Assembly: GCA_963816185.1 (NCBI GenBank) | Contig: CAWFJJ010000028.1 | Coordinates: 416,001-480,000 of the forward strand | DNA: 64,000 bases | Direction: 5' to 3' | Origin: Thermoanaerobaculia bacterium | GTDB taxonomy: Bacteria; Acidobacteriota; Thermoanaerobaculia; UBA5066 | Shown: positions 19,758 through 28,922 of the stretch, piece after piece | Position numbering within the stretch: the stretch's first letter is position 1 | How the letters are laid out: each line of letters begins with the position of its first letter | The notes under the pieces: generated by a model | Database searches by the model: none | Seen by the model: only the letters and a program-made list of their open reading frames with translations | Told to the model about the DNA's origin: nothing | Position numbers and translations under genes: made by a program

Positions 19758-21947
19758 ATTTCCGTCCCGCTCCCGCTCCTCGCGAATCTTCCCGGCGTCG
19801 GCGCGGCGCGCGCCCGCGAGCTGGCCGAGGCCGGGGTCGAGACGGCGGTCGATCTCCTTCTCCACCTTCCGTTCCGCTACGAGGACCGCACGCGCATCGC
19901 GCCGATCGCGGCGCTCGTGCCGGAGGGGCCCCCGACGACGGTCAAGGGCACGGTCCTCTCGGCGCGCCTCATCCGGACGCGGCGCCGCGGCTTCACGATC
20001 TTCGAGGCGATCCTCGACGACGGCTCCGGCCCTCTCCGCCTCGTCTTCTTCAACCAGCCGTACCTCCAAAGATGGATGACATCGAAGAAGACCTTCTGGG
20101 TCTACGGCGTCGCAACCCAGTCGGCGCGTTATCGGCGCGGTCTCGTCATGGAGAACCCACAAATTGAAGAGTTAGTAGAAGAACCAATAGAAGATTTCTT
20201 AGAAGGGAAAGAGGGAAAGGGCGCCGTCACGGGAAAGGGCGAAGGCGCGGGCAAAGGCGAAGGCACAAGGCGCGCCGCAGATCCTCTCTCTGTCGGCCGC
20301 GTCGTGCCGATCTACCGCAAACTCCCGGGACTCACTCCACGGATGCGGCGGCGAACCGTCCATCACCTTCTAAGAAACTTTGCAGACCATCTCCCGGAGC
20401 GACTTCCTCTCTCGCGCGAGAGGGAGCAAGAATTCCCTTCTCTTTCCGACTCGCTGAGAGAAGCCCACTTCCCGGGCAGCGCCGGGGGCTCCGCGGACGC
20501 GGAGGAGTGGACGGAGCGCCGTTCGCCTTACCTCCACCGCCTCGCCTACGAGGAGTTCCTCGAGTTTCAGGTCGGATTGCAGCGCCGCCGCCGGGAGCGC
20601 GCCGCCGTACCCGCTCCCGTCCTGTCGGCAGACGACGCGATTCGCGCGCGACTCAAGGGTGCCCTTCCGTTTACGCTGACGGGGGCTCAGAAGCGCGTGA
20701 TTCGGGAGATCGGCGGCGACTTCCGCGCGGGCCGCCCGATGCGCCGGCTTCTCCAGGGCGACGTAGGAAGCGGAAAGACGATCATTGCCGTCCTCTCGGC
20801 GATCCTCGCCGCCGAGTGCGGCTTCCAGACCGCGCTCATGGCGCCGACCGAGATCCTCGCCGAGCAGCATTTTTCGTCGATCTTCCGGATCTTCCGCAAG
20901 ACGCGGTTCCGGGCCGAGCTCCTGACCGGCCGCGTGAAGGGGAAGGCCCGCGCGCAAGTCCTCGACGCGCTCGCCGGCGGCCGCGTCGACATGCTCGTCG
21001 GGACGCACGCGCTCCTCGAGGACCCCGTCGACTTCCGTCGCCTCGGCCTCATCGTGATCGACGAGCAGCACCGCTTCGGCGTCGCGCAGCGGACGACGAT
21101 CGCGGCAAAAGCGCACCCCGCGGAAGCGCGCCCGCACCTTCTCGTCATGTCCGCGACGCCGATCCCGCGCTCTCTTGCCCTGACCCTTTACGGCGACCTC
21201 GACGTCTCGACGCTCGACGAGAAGCCGCCGGGCCGCACGGCCATCTCGACGCGCGTCCTTCCGGAAACGGAGCGCGCGGCCGCGTTCCGCGAGATCGAAG
21301 CCGAGATCCGCGCGGGAGGGCAGGCCTACGTCGTCGTTCCGCTCATCGAGGAGTCGGACAAGATCGAGGCGCGCGCCGTCGAGAAGCACGCGGCCGAGAT
21401 CCGGAAAGCCCTTCCCATTCGCCGCGTCGGTGTCGTCCACGGCCGACTTCCGCCCGACGAGCGCGAGCGCACGATGGGCGAGTTCGCGGCCGGAAGGCTC
21501 GACGTCCTCGCGGCGACGACCGTCATCGAGGTCGGCGTGGACGTCCCGAACGCGTCGTACATGCTCGTCGAGAACGCGGAGCGCTTCGGTCTCGCGCAGC
21601 TCCACCAGCTGCGCGGTCGCGTCGGGCGCGGCAGGCGCGCTTCGCGCTGCGTGCTGCTGTTCGGCCCGAAGGTCTCGCCGGAATCGCGCGAGCGGCTCGG
21701 GGTGCTCGAGAGGACGGACGACGGATTCGTCGTGGCCGAGGAGGACCTCAAGCGCCGCGGCCCCGGCGACGCGCTCGGGACGCGGCAGAGCGGCGTCCCG
21801 CTCTTCCGCGTCGGAGACCTCATCCGCGACGTCAGGTGGATGAAGGAGGCGCGCGACGAAGCGCAGAAGATGATCGCGGACGGGCGCGATGCCGCGTTCC
21901 GCGAGCCGCTCTTCCTTCGCGCCGCCGCCTTGCCGGCCGCGGACTGA
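19758..21947 (+). CDS. recG: ATP-dependent DNA helicase RecG (start uncertain)
   Basis: LPGVG, DLLLHLPFRYED, RLLQGDVGSGKT, MAPTEILAEQH, DEQHRFGV, SATPIPR, QLHQLRGRVGRG. Confidence 0.95.
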   Translation: MSVPLPLLANLPGVGAARARELAEAGVETAVDLLLHLPFRYEDRTRIAPIAALVPEGPPTTVKGTVLSARLIRTRRRGFTIFEAILDDGSGPLRLVFFNQPYLQRWMTSKKTFWVYGVATQSARYRRGLVMENPQIEELVEEPIEDFLEGKEGKGAVTGKGEGAGKGEGTRRAADPLSVGRVVPIYRKLPGLTPRMRRRTVHHLLRNFADHLPERLPLSREREQEFPSLSDSLREAHFPGSAGGSADAEEWTERRSPYLHRLAYEEFLEFQVGLQRRRRERAAVPAPVLSADDAIRARLKGALPFTLTGAQKRVIREIGGDFRAGRPMRRLLQGDVGSGKTIIAVLSAILAAECGFQTALMAPTEILAEQHFSSIFRIFRKTRFRAELLTGRVKGKARAQVLDALAGGRVDMLVGTHALLEDPVDFRRLGLIVIDEQHRFGVAQRTTIAAKAHPAEARPHLLVMSATPIPRSLALTLYGDLDVSTLDEKPPGRTAISTRVLPETERAAAFREIEAEIRAGGQAYVVVPLIEESDKIEARAVEKHAAEIRKALPIRRVGVVHGRLPPDERERTMGEFAAGRLDVLAATTVIEVGVDVPNASYMLVENAERFGLAQLHQLRGRVGRGRRASRCVLLFGPKVSPESRERLGVLERTDDGFVVAEEDLKRRGPGDALGTRQSGVPLFRVGDLIRDVRWMKEARDEAQKMIADGRDAAFREPLFLRAAALPAAD
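20165..20380. repeat. Repeat copies inside recG
   Basis: TTCTTAGAA 20196 and TTCTAAGAA 20368; the purine-rich stretch encodes an E/G/K-rich insertion. Confidence 0.65.
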
Positions 21948-21982
21948 CGCGCGTTCCGGGTTAACATCCGCCGCCGCGCGGT

Positions 21983-22648
21983 GTGACCGCGCCCGAAGGC
22001 GCCGTGGACCCGCAAAAAACGCTCGAAATCATCATCCAGATCGTCGTGCTGCTCTTCGCCGTCTCGTTCCACGAGTCGGCTCACGGCTACGTGGCGATGA
22101 AGTGCGGCGACAACACGGCCCGCGACCTCGGGCGCATCACGATGAATCCGCTCAAGCACCTCGATCCGATCGGCAGCCTTCTTTTCCCGGCCTTGCTCGC
22201 GTTCTCGGGCCTGCCCGTCTTCGGCTGGGCGCGGCCGGTGCCTGTCTCGCTGCGCGGCGTGCGGAACCCGCGCCGCGCGAACCTCCTCGTGTCGGCGGCG
22301 GGGCCCCTGTCGAACGTGCTGCTGGCCGTCATCTTCGGGTTCGCTTTCGCGATCCTCAAGCGCTTTTTTCTCGTGGACGGCGATCCGGCGATCTTGCAAC
22401 CGCTGTTTCTCGTCGCGGGAGCCTCGGTGCTGGTCAACGCTTCTCTGGCGATCTTCAACCTGCTGCCGATTCCTCCGCTGGACGGATTCGGCGTCGTGGA
22501 GAGCCTGGCGCCTCCGACCGCCATCCCCTCGATCATCTTTCTGCGGCGGTATGGATTCATCATCCTCATCGTGCTGATGTTCACCGGAGTCCTCGGGTTC
22601 ATCATGCGACCCGTCCAGAATCTCGTCATCCAGTGGCTGAGGTCCTGA
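21983..22648 (+). CDS. Site-2 protease family (M50) membrane metalloprotease
   Basis: HESAHG (HExxH), NPLKHLDPIGS, AAGPLSN, FNLLPIPPLDG. Confidence 0.93.
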   Translation: MTAPEGAVDPQKTLEIIIQIVVLLFAVSFHESAHGYVAMKCGDNTARDLGRITMNPLKHLDPIGSLLFPALLAFSGLPVFGWARPVPVSLRGVRNPRRANLLVSAAGPLSNVLLAVIFGFAFAILKRFFLVDGDPAILQPLFLVAGASVLVNASLAIFNLLPIPPLDGFGVVESLAPPTAIPSIIFLRRYGFIILIVLMFTGVLGFIMRPVQNLVIQWLRS

Positions 22649-23644
22649 TGTCCGCCGTTTCGAGGAGAGTCGTTCTCTCCGGCCTCCGCCCGACGGGCCG
22701 CGTCCACCTCGGGAACTACTGGGGAGCGGTGAAGAACTGGGTGGATCTGCAGGCCGACTACGACTGCCGGTATTTCGTCGCCGATCTCCATGCGCTCACG
22801 ACCGACTACGCGGACACCTCCGCGATCCGCGAGTCGACCCTCGAGGCCGTGACGGACTGGCTCGCGGTCGGCCTCGACCCCGAGAAGTCGGTGATCTTCG
22901 TGCAATCGCGCGTCCCGCAGACGGCGGAGCTGGCGCTCGTCTTCGGGATGATCACGCCCCTCGGCTGGCTCGAGCGCGTGCCGACCTACAAAGAGCAGAT
23001 CGAGCAGCTTCGCGAGCGCGACCTCGGGACGTTCGGATTCCTCGGCTATCCGGTTCTCATGACGGCCGACATCGCGCTCTACCGCGCGCATTACGTGCCG
23101 GTCGGCAAGGACCAGGAAAGCCACCTCGAGATCTGCCGCGAGATCGTCCGGCGCTTCAACGGCTTCTACGGCGACGTCTTCCCCGAGCCGCAGCCGCTCT
23201 TCACGGCCACGCCGAAGGTGCCGGGGCTCGACGGCCGGAAGATGTCGAAGACCTACAACAACGCGATCGCCCTCTCCGACTCGGCGGCCGAGGTCGAGAA
23301 GAAGGTCATGAGCATGGTCACCGACCCCGGCCGCGCGCGGCGCGCCGACCCGGGGAATCCGGACGTCTGCAACCTCTACCCGTTCCACCTCCTCTACTCG
23401 CCCCCCGAGGAGCAGAAGGTCGTGGACTTCGAGTGCCGCACGGCGGCGCGCGGCTGCGTCGACTGCAAGAAGCACCTCATCCGCAACATGAACGCCGCGC
23501 TCGAGCCCATCCGGCAGAAGCGCGCGGAGATCACGGCGAAAAAAGACTTCGTGAAGAGACGTGCTCGAACAGGGCAGCGCGAGAGCGAGAGATATTGCTT
23601 CGGAGACCATGGAGAGGGTTTCTGATGCGATGAAGTTGCTGTGA
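22648..23644 (+). CDS. trpS: Tryptophan--tRNA ligase (apparent frameshift near 23556)
   Basis: SGLRPTGRVHLGNY, GYPVLMTADI, VPVGKDQ, KMSKT; the normal C-terminus DVLEQGSARARDIASETMERV continues in another frame to TGA 23642-23644. Confidence 0.95.
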
Positions 23645-23654
23645 TGTACGGCCA

Positions 23655-23740
23655 GGAAGATTCTCTTAGAAGGGTTAATGAGCGCGGCGCTCGGTCGCGC
23701 GGTGGAGCGGCGACCAGCCCTCTTCACTTTCTAAGAGGAA
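23655..23740. repeat. Inverted pair of degenerate repeat copies
   Basis: CTCTTAGAA 23663 and TTCTAAGAG 23729; CCCTCTTCACTTTCTAAGA recurs near 23889. Confidence 0.7.
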
Positions 23741-23782
23741 TTAGATTCGGATCTCTTATATGCGGCGGCTGCTGTGCAGCCG

Positions 23783-23940
23783 CCGATAGTAGAAAATCTT
23801 TCGCTCGAATGGCCGGCGTCAAGGGCGCGCGTAGCGCGCCGCTAAGCGGTCTTCGACCCTTGACTCCGGCCGTTCGAGCGACGTCCGCCCCTCTTCACTT
23901 TCTAAGAAATCTTCATCCTCTTCTTCCTCTTTCTTCTTCC
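23783..23940 (+). repeat. Four-way-junction element, copy 1, with an adjacent TTCTAAGAA repeat
   Basis: 24-bp stem 23802-23825/23857-23880 enclosing three triloop hairpins; inverted homolog at 25321-25468. Confidence 0.85.
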
Positions 23941-23941
23941 A

Positions 23942-24748
23942 ATGGCTGAAGGAATCCGCATCCCCGTCCCCGCCGGTGCCGACCTCATGGGGCCGTACCC
24001 GGTGAAGCTGCCGCAGTTCGAGGGGCCGCTCGACCTGCTGCTGCACCTGATCCGGAAGAACGAGCTCGACATCCGCAACCTGCCGCTCGTCGACATCTGC
24101 CGCCAGTACCACGAGTACCTGGTCCTCATGCAGGAGCTCGACCTCGAGGTCGCGGCCGAGTTCCTCTACGTCGAGGCGATGCTCGTGCACATCAAGTCGC
24201 AGCTGGTCCTGCCGCGCGCGGCCGCGGGCGCGCCCGAAGGGGACCCGCGCGACGAGCTCGTGAGGCGCCTTCTCGAGTACCGCAAGTACAAGGGCGTCGC
24301 CGAGTCGCTGCACGAGATGGAAGCCGTGCGGCTCGGGCTCTGGAGCCGTGCGCCGGCGAAGCTCGAGACGCCGGAAGGGGAGGCCGAGGAAGCGGACCTT
24401 TCGGAAGTCTCGCTCTTCGACCTCCTCACGTTCTTCAAGGGCGCGCTCGACCGCTACCGCGCGCAGCACCCGCCCTCGATGGAGATCGAGCACCAGAAGT
24501 TCTCCATCAAGGAGAAAATGGAGCAGATGCTCGCGCGCGTGAAGTCCGGGGGTGGGCCGCTGCCGCTGTCGGACGTCTTCCGCTCTCTTTCGGGCCGGGC
24601 CGAGGCCATTGCGATCTTCCTCGCCGTCCTCGAGCTTCTCCGCCTCCGTGTCGTCAAGGCGCGGCAGGAAGGCGAGTTCAACGAGATCTACCTCGACTCG
24701 ACGGGCGAGACCGCGTCGCTCGAAGGTTACGAGGAGGCCTACCGGTGA
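23942..24748 (+). CDS. scpA: Segregation and condensation protein A
   Basis: FEGPLDLLLHLIRKNELDI, IKSQLVLP, DPRDELVRRLLEYRKYK, FLAVLEL. Confidence 0.95.
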   Translation: MAEGIRIPVPAGADLMGPYPVKLPQFEGPLDLLLHLIRKNELDIRNLPLVDICRQYHEYLVLMQELDLEVAAEFLYVEAMLVHIKSQLVLPRAAAGAPEGDPRDELVRRLLEYRKYKGVAESLHEMEAVRLGLWSRAPAKLETPEGEAEEADLSEVSLFDLLTFFKGALDRYRAQHPPSMEIEHQKFSIKEKMEQMLARVKSGGGPLPLSDVFRSLSGRAEAIAIFLAVLELLRLRVVKARQEGEFNEIYLDSTGETASLEGYEEAYR

Positions 24749-25362
24749 CGACGCACGTCGCCCTCCTCGAGGCGCTCCTCTTCGCGTCGGGCAAGCCGGC
24801 GACCGTCGAGCGCCTCGCCGAGGCCGCCGAGATCTCCAAGGAAGAGGTCGAGACCGCGCTCGAGGCGCTCGAAAAGGCGTGCGAGACCGACGGGCGAGGC
24901 GTGCGCGTCGACCGCGTCGCGGGCGGCGCGCGCCTCGTCTCGCGCAACGAATACGACCTGCCCGTCCGCAACCTGCTCGGGCTGGAGGGAAAGAACAAGC
25001 TCTCGATGGCGAGCCTCGAGGTGCTTTCGATCGTCGCGTATCGCCAGCCGGTCACCGCGCCCGAGATCGCCGAGCTCCGCGGCGTGAACTCGGCCTCCTC
25101 GCTGCGCACCCTCCTCGACAAGAAGCTCATCACGACCGCGGGGCGCAAGGAGGTCGTCGGGACGCCGTTCCTCTACAAGACGACCCGGGAGTTCCTCGTC
25201 CACTTCGGCCTCGCGGACCTGAAAGACCTCCCGCGCCCGGAGGACCTCGACGCGCTCTACGGGGTCGAGGCGAACACGGCGCAGACGGAATTGTTCCCAG
25301 AGGAGATTTCTGCTGAAGAGAAGAGGGAAGAAGAGGAAGAGGAAGATTCGGGGAATGGTTGA
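24745..25362 (+). CDS. scpB: Segregation and condensation protein B
   Basis: LEALLFAS, LEVLSIVAYRQPVTAPEIAELRGV, GTPFLYKTTREFLVHFGL. Confidence 0.95.
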   Translation: MTTHVALLEALLFASGKPATVERLAEAAEISKEEVETALEALEKACETDGRGVRVDRVAGGARLVSRNEYDLPVRNLLGLEGKNKLSMASLEVLSIVAYRQPVTAPEIAELRGVNSASSLRTLLDKKLITTAGRKEVVGTPFLYKTTREFLVHFGLADLKDLPRPEDLDALYGVEANTAQTELFPEEISAEEKREEEEEEDSGNG

Positions 25363-25468
25363 AGACCGTAGTTCCCGAATGACCGATGTCAAGGGTCTTA
25401 GACCGCTGCGCGGCGCGCGAAGCGCGCCCTTGACATCGGCCATTCGGGAAGAAGATTTTCTACTATCG
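25321..25468 (-). repeat. Four-way-junction element, copy 2 (inverted)
   Basis: Stem 25372-25395/25427-25450; flank AAGATTTTCTACTATCGG is the reverse complement of 23783-23800. Confidence 0.85.
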
Positions 25469-25536
25469 GGGCTACATCTGCTTCCTCATATCGAAGAAAT
25501 ATTTATTCCCGGGCAGCCGCCGCTCTTGGGGATCGC

Positions 25537-26322
25537 ATGAGCGCCGAGCGCCTGCAGAAGATCCTGTCCGCCGCCGGCATCGCGTCGCGGCGCGCGGCCG
25601 AGCAGATCATCCTCGAGGGTCGCGTGACCGTGAACGGCCACAAGGTCAAGGAGCTCGGGGTCAAGGCCGATCTCGCGAAGGATCACGTAAAGGTGGACGG
25701 AAAGCTCGTCCGCGTCGCGGTCGCGCGGCGGTACGTCCTCATGAACAAGCCGAAGGGCCTCATCGTCACGCGGGACGATCCCGGCGGCATCCCGACGGTC
25801 TTCGAGCTTCTGAAGGGCCGCGTCGGGGAGCGCGTCGTGGCCGTGGGGCGGCTCGACGTGGAGTCCGAGGGGCTGCTCCTCCTCACCGACGACGGCGCGC
25901 TCGTCCACAAGCTCACGCACCCCTCCGGCGGCTGCCGCAAGGAATACGAAGTCAAGGTGTCCGGCGTCCCGACGCCCGCGCAGCTCGAGAAGCTACGCAG
26001 GGGCGTGACGCTGCCCGACGACGGCGCGCGGACGTCGCCCTCCGAGATCGAGCTCGTCAAGACGACGCCCGAGAAGAACGGCGCCGGCGGCAACGCCTGG
26101 CTCAAGGTGATTCTCGGCGAAGGGCGCTCGCGCCAGGTTCGCAGGATGTTCGACCTCGTCGGCCACCCCGTCACGAAGCTGCGCCGCGTCGCGATCGGCC
26201 CGATCCGCGACCGGAATCTGCCCCCGGGCGCGTTTCGCGACCTGTCCCGGGAAGAGGTCGCGGCGCTCCACGCGATCCGGCCCGCTCCACCGCGGCTTGC
26301 ACGCGCCCGAGCGCGGGCGTGA
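25537..26322 (+). CDS. rluB: rRNA pseudouridine synthase (RluB/RsuA family)
   Basis: ERLQKILSAAGIASRRAAE S4 domain, GRLDVESEGLLLLTDDG, EGRSRQVRRM. Confidence 0.9.
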   Translation: MSAERLQKILSAAGIASRRAAEQIILEGRVTVNGHKVKELGVKADLAKDHVKVDGKLVRVAVARRYVLMNKPKGLIVTRDDPGGIPTVFELLKGRVGERVVAVGRLDVESEGLLLLTDDGALVHKLTHPSGGCRKEYEVKVSGVPTPAQLEKLRRGVTLPDDGARTSPSEIELVKTTPEKNGAGGNAWLKVILGEGRSRQVRRMFDLVGHPVTKLRRVAIGPIRDRNLPPGAFRDLSREEVAALHAIRPAPPRLARARARA

Positions 26323-27005
26323 AGGGCCTCATCGTCGCGATCGACGGACCTTCCGGAGTCGGGAAGTCGACTGTGGGAAAGGCGGTTGCCGCACGGCTCG
26401 GCGTGCCCTACCTCGACACGGGAGCCATGTACCGCGCCGTCGGTCTTGCCGTGAAGAGAGCGGGATTCGCGCTCCCTCTCGCCGATCCTGAGGCCGTCGT
26501 CGCGGTTGCATCCCATGTGGACGTGCGCGTGACGGGAAGCGCGGCTGATGCGCGGACGTGGCTGAACGGGGAGGACGTGTCCCGCGAGATCCGGACTCCG
26601 GAGATTTCGGCGTACGCCTCGGCCGTCTCGGCCGTGCCGGGCGTGAGACGCCGCCTCGCCGGGATGCAGCGCAGCCTCGCGCTCGAGGCCGGCGGCGTCC
26701 TCGAGGGGCGCGACATCGGGACGAAAGTCGTCCCCGAGACTCCGCACAAGTTCTTCCTCACGGCAACGGCGGAAGTGCGGGCGCGCCGCCGGTTCGCGGA
26801 GCTTTCGGCTCGGGGCGCTTCCCAGACGTTCGCCGAAGTGCTCTCGGACATGGAAGCCCGCGATCACGCGGATTCCACCCGAGCCGATTCACCGCTGAGA
26901 GACGACGGGACCTATACGCGCATCGACACGTCCGGGCTCACGGTCGAAGACGTCGTCGACCGCGTCCTTTCGGGCGTGGGCCACGGAGTTCCGCGGCCCG
27001 GTTGA
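26319..27005 (+). CDS. cmk: Cytidylate kinase
   Basis: AIDGPSGVGKST, YLDTGAMYRA, VLEGRDIGT, RARRRF. Confidence 0.96.
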   Translation: MKGLIVAIDGPSGVGKSTVGKAVAARLGVPYLDTGAMYRAVGLAVKRAGFALPLADPEAVVAVASHVDVRVTGSAADARTWLNGEDVSREIRTPEISAYASAVSAVPGVRRRLAGMQRSLALEAGGVLEGRDIGTKVVPETPHKFFLTATAEVRARRRFAELSARGASQTFAEVLSDMEARDHADSTRADSPLRDDGTYTRIDTSGLTVEDVVDRVLSGVGHGVPRPG

Positions 27006-27110
27006 CCGGTCTCCCCCCGCGCGTCTAACATCAAGGGTTCCGGCCGCTTAAGCGTTTGCCTCACGGCAATTTAGGTGGCCCCATTTCAAGCCGCGAAGGA
27101 GCACGAGTAC

Positions 27111-28922
27111 ATGTCGCCTGTCGACCCGAAGAACGACGTCGGCCCGAAGGCCGAAGAGGGCGCGGACAATGGAGAGTTCGCACGCCTTCTCGCCGAGAGC
27201 GAGCGCTCTCTGAAGGAGGGAGAGCTCATCCGAGGCCGCGTGCTTCAGGTGACGAACGACGAGATCCTCGTCGACATCGGCTACAAGTCGGAAGGGATGA
27301 TTCCCCGCTCCGAATTCCACCACGTCCCGGCCGACCGGCTTCCGCATCCGGGGCAGGAGATCGAGGCCGTGCTGGAGCGCACCGAGGGCCCGAACGGCTA
27401 CGTCGTGCTCTCCTGGGAGAAAGCGCGGCGCGGAAAGGCGTGGGACCTCGTCGAGCAGGCGTTCGCGACGAACGCGCCGATCAGGGGACGCGTCCTCGAG
27501 CGCGTGAAGGGCGGGCTGTCCGTCGACATCGGCGTGCGGGCGTTCCTGCCGGGCTCGATCGCCGACTCGCGGCCCCTCAAGAACCTCGACGTCCTGAAGG
27601 GCCGCGAGCTCGAGTTCCGCGTCGTCTCCCTGGACAAGAAGCGCGGCAACATCGTGCTGTCGCGCAAGGCCGTCCTCGACGAGGCCGCCGAGGTCAAGAA
27701 GAAGGAAGCTGCGGCGGCGCTCGCCGACGGCCGCGTCCTCAAGGGCGTCGTGAAGAACCTCACCGACTACGGCGCGTTCGTGGACCTCGGGGGCATCGAC
27801 GGCCTTCTCCACGTGACCGACATGACGTGGGGCCGCCTCGCGCACCCGTCGGACGCTGTGCACGTGGGGCAGGAAGTCGAAGTGAAGGTCCTCCGGTTCG
27901 AGGAGGCGACGGGCCGCATCTCGCTCGGCATGAAACAGCTGAAGCCCGACCCGTGGCAAGACCTGCCGGCCCATTACCCCGTGGGGGCGCGGGTGCGGGG
28001 AAAGGTCGTCTCCCTCACGGATTACGGCGCATTCGTGGAGCTCGAGGAGGGCGTCGAAGGCCTCATTCACGTGAGCGAGATGTCGTGGACGAAGCGGGTC
28101 AAGAATCCGTCGAAGCTCCTGAACGTCGGCGACACGATCGAGGCCGTCATCGCGGACGTGAATCCCGAGACGCGCCGGCTTTCGCTGTCGCTTCGCGCCA
28201 CCGAGCCGAACCCGTGGGAGCAGCTCGCCGAGAAATACCACATCGGGGACCGCATCCACGGCACCGTTCGCAACCTGACTGACTTTGGCGCGTTCGTGGA
28301 GATCGAGGAGGGCATCGACGGCCTCATCCACGTGTCCGACATGTCCTGGGGCCGCCGCGTGAAGCACCCTTCGGAGATCCTCAAGAAAGGCGACGAGGTG
28401 CAGGCCGTCCTCACGGCCATCGACGTCGAGAACCGCCGCATCAGCCTCTCGATCAAGGAATTCCGGCCCAACGAATGGGAGGAGTTCGCGGCCAAGCACC
28501 AGCCAGGCGACGTCGTGGACGGCACGGTCGCGAAGGTGGCCGAGTTCGGCGTGTTCGTGCGCCTGCCCGAAGGCCTCGAGGGCCTCATGCACGTCTCCGA
28601 AACCCCGCTCGGACGCGGAGAGAAGCCGGCCTCGCACTACGCCGAGGGCGACCCGGTGCGCGTCCGGATCCTCCGGATCGAGCCGCACGAACAGCGCATC
28701 GGACTTTCGTCCCGCGACGTGGAGCAGCCCGTCCGCGAACCGGCGGCGGAAGGTGAGGTTTCTGCGGGGCAGCCCCAGTCTGACGGCGAAAGAGACGACT
28801 CGGCACGCGCCCGAAAATTCGCTGAGAGAGCCGGTCGACACGGACGAGAAGGCCGTTCCCGCCGGAACGGACCCGCACGAGTAGCCGAGGCGGTGAAGGG
28901 TATCCTGGAGGAGAACTCGTGA
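27111..28922 (+). CDS. rpsA: 30S ribosomal protein S1
   Basis: Six S1 repeats (VDIGYKSEG, TDYGAFVDLGGIDGLLHVTDM, etc.); AAGGAG upstream of ATG 27111. Confidence 0.96.
   Translation: MSPVDPKNDVGPKAEEGADNGEFARLLAESERSLKEGELIRGRVLQVTNDEILVDIGYKSEGMIPRSEFHHVPADRLPHPGQEIEAVLERTEGPNGYVVLSWEKARRGKAWDLVEQAFATNAPIRGRVLERVKGGLSVDIGVRAFLPGSIADSRPLKNLDVLKGRELEFRVVSLDKKRGNIVLSRKAVLDEAAEVKKKEAAAALADGRVLKGVVKNLTDYGAFVDLGGIDGLLHVTDMTWGRLAHPSDAVHVGQEVEVKVLRFEEATGRISLGMKQLKPDPWQDLPAHYPVGARVRGKVVSLTDYGAFVELEEGVEGLIHVSEMSWTKRVKNPSKLLNVGDTIEAVIADVNPETRRLSLSLRATEPNPWEQLAEKYHIGDRIHGTVRNLTDFGAFVEIEEGIDGLIHVSDMSWGRRVKHPSEILKKGDEVQAVLTAIDVENRRISLSIKEFRPNEWEEFAAKHQPGDVVDGTVAKVAEFGVFVRLPEGLEGLMHVSETPLGRGEKPASHYAEGDPVRVRILRIEPHEQRIGLSSRDVEQPVREPAAEGEVSAGQPQSDGERDDSARARKFAERAGRHGREGRSRRNGPARVAEAVKGILEENS

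Noticed and set aside
23779-23806. The junction-element flank CCGATAGTA as a second dif-like site
   Set aside because: It resembles only part of the XerC arm, and there is no XerD arm.
23641-23949. 102-aa ORF between trpS and scpA (and 25355-25540)
   Set aside because: These are translations of the repeat and junction elements with no protein-like features.
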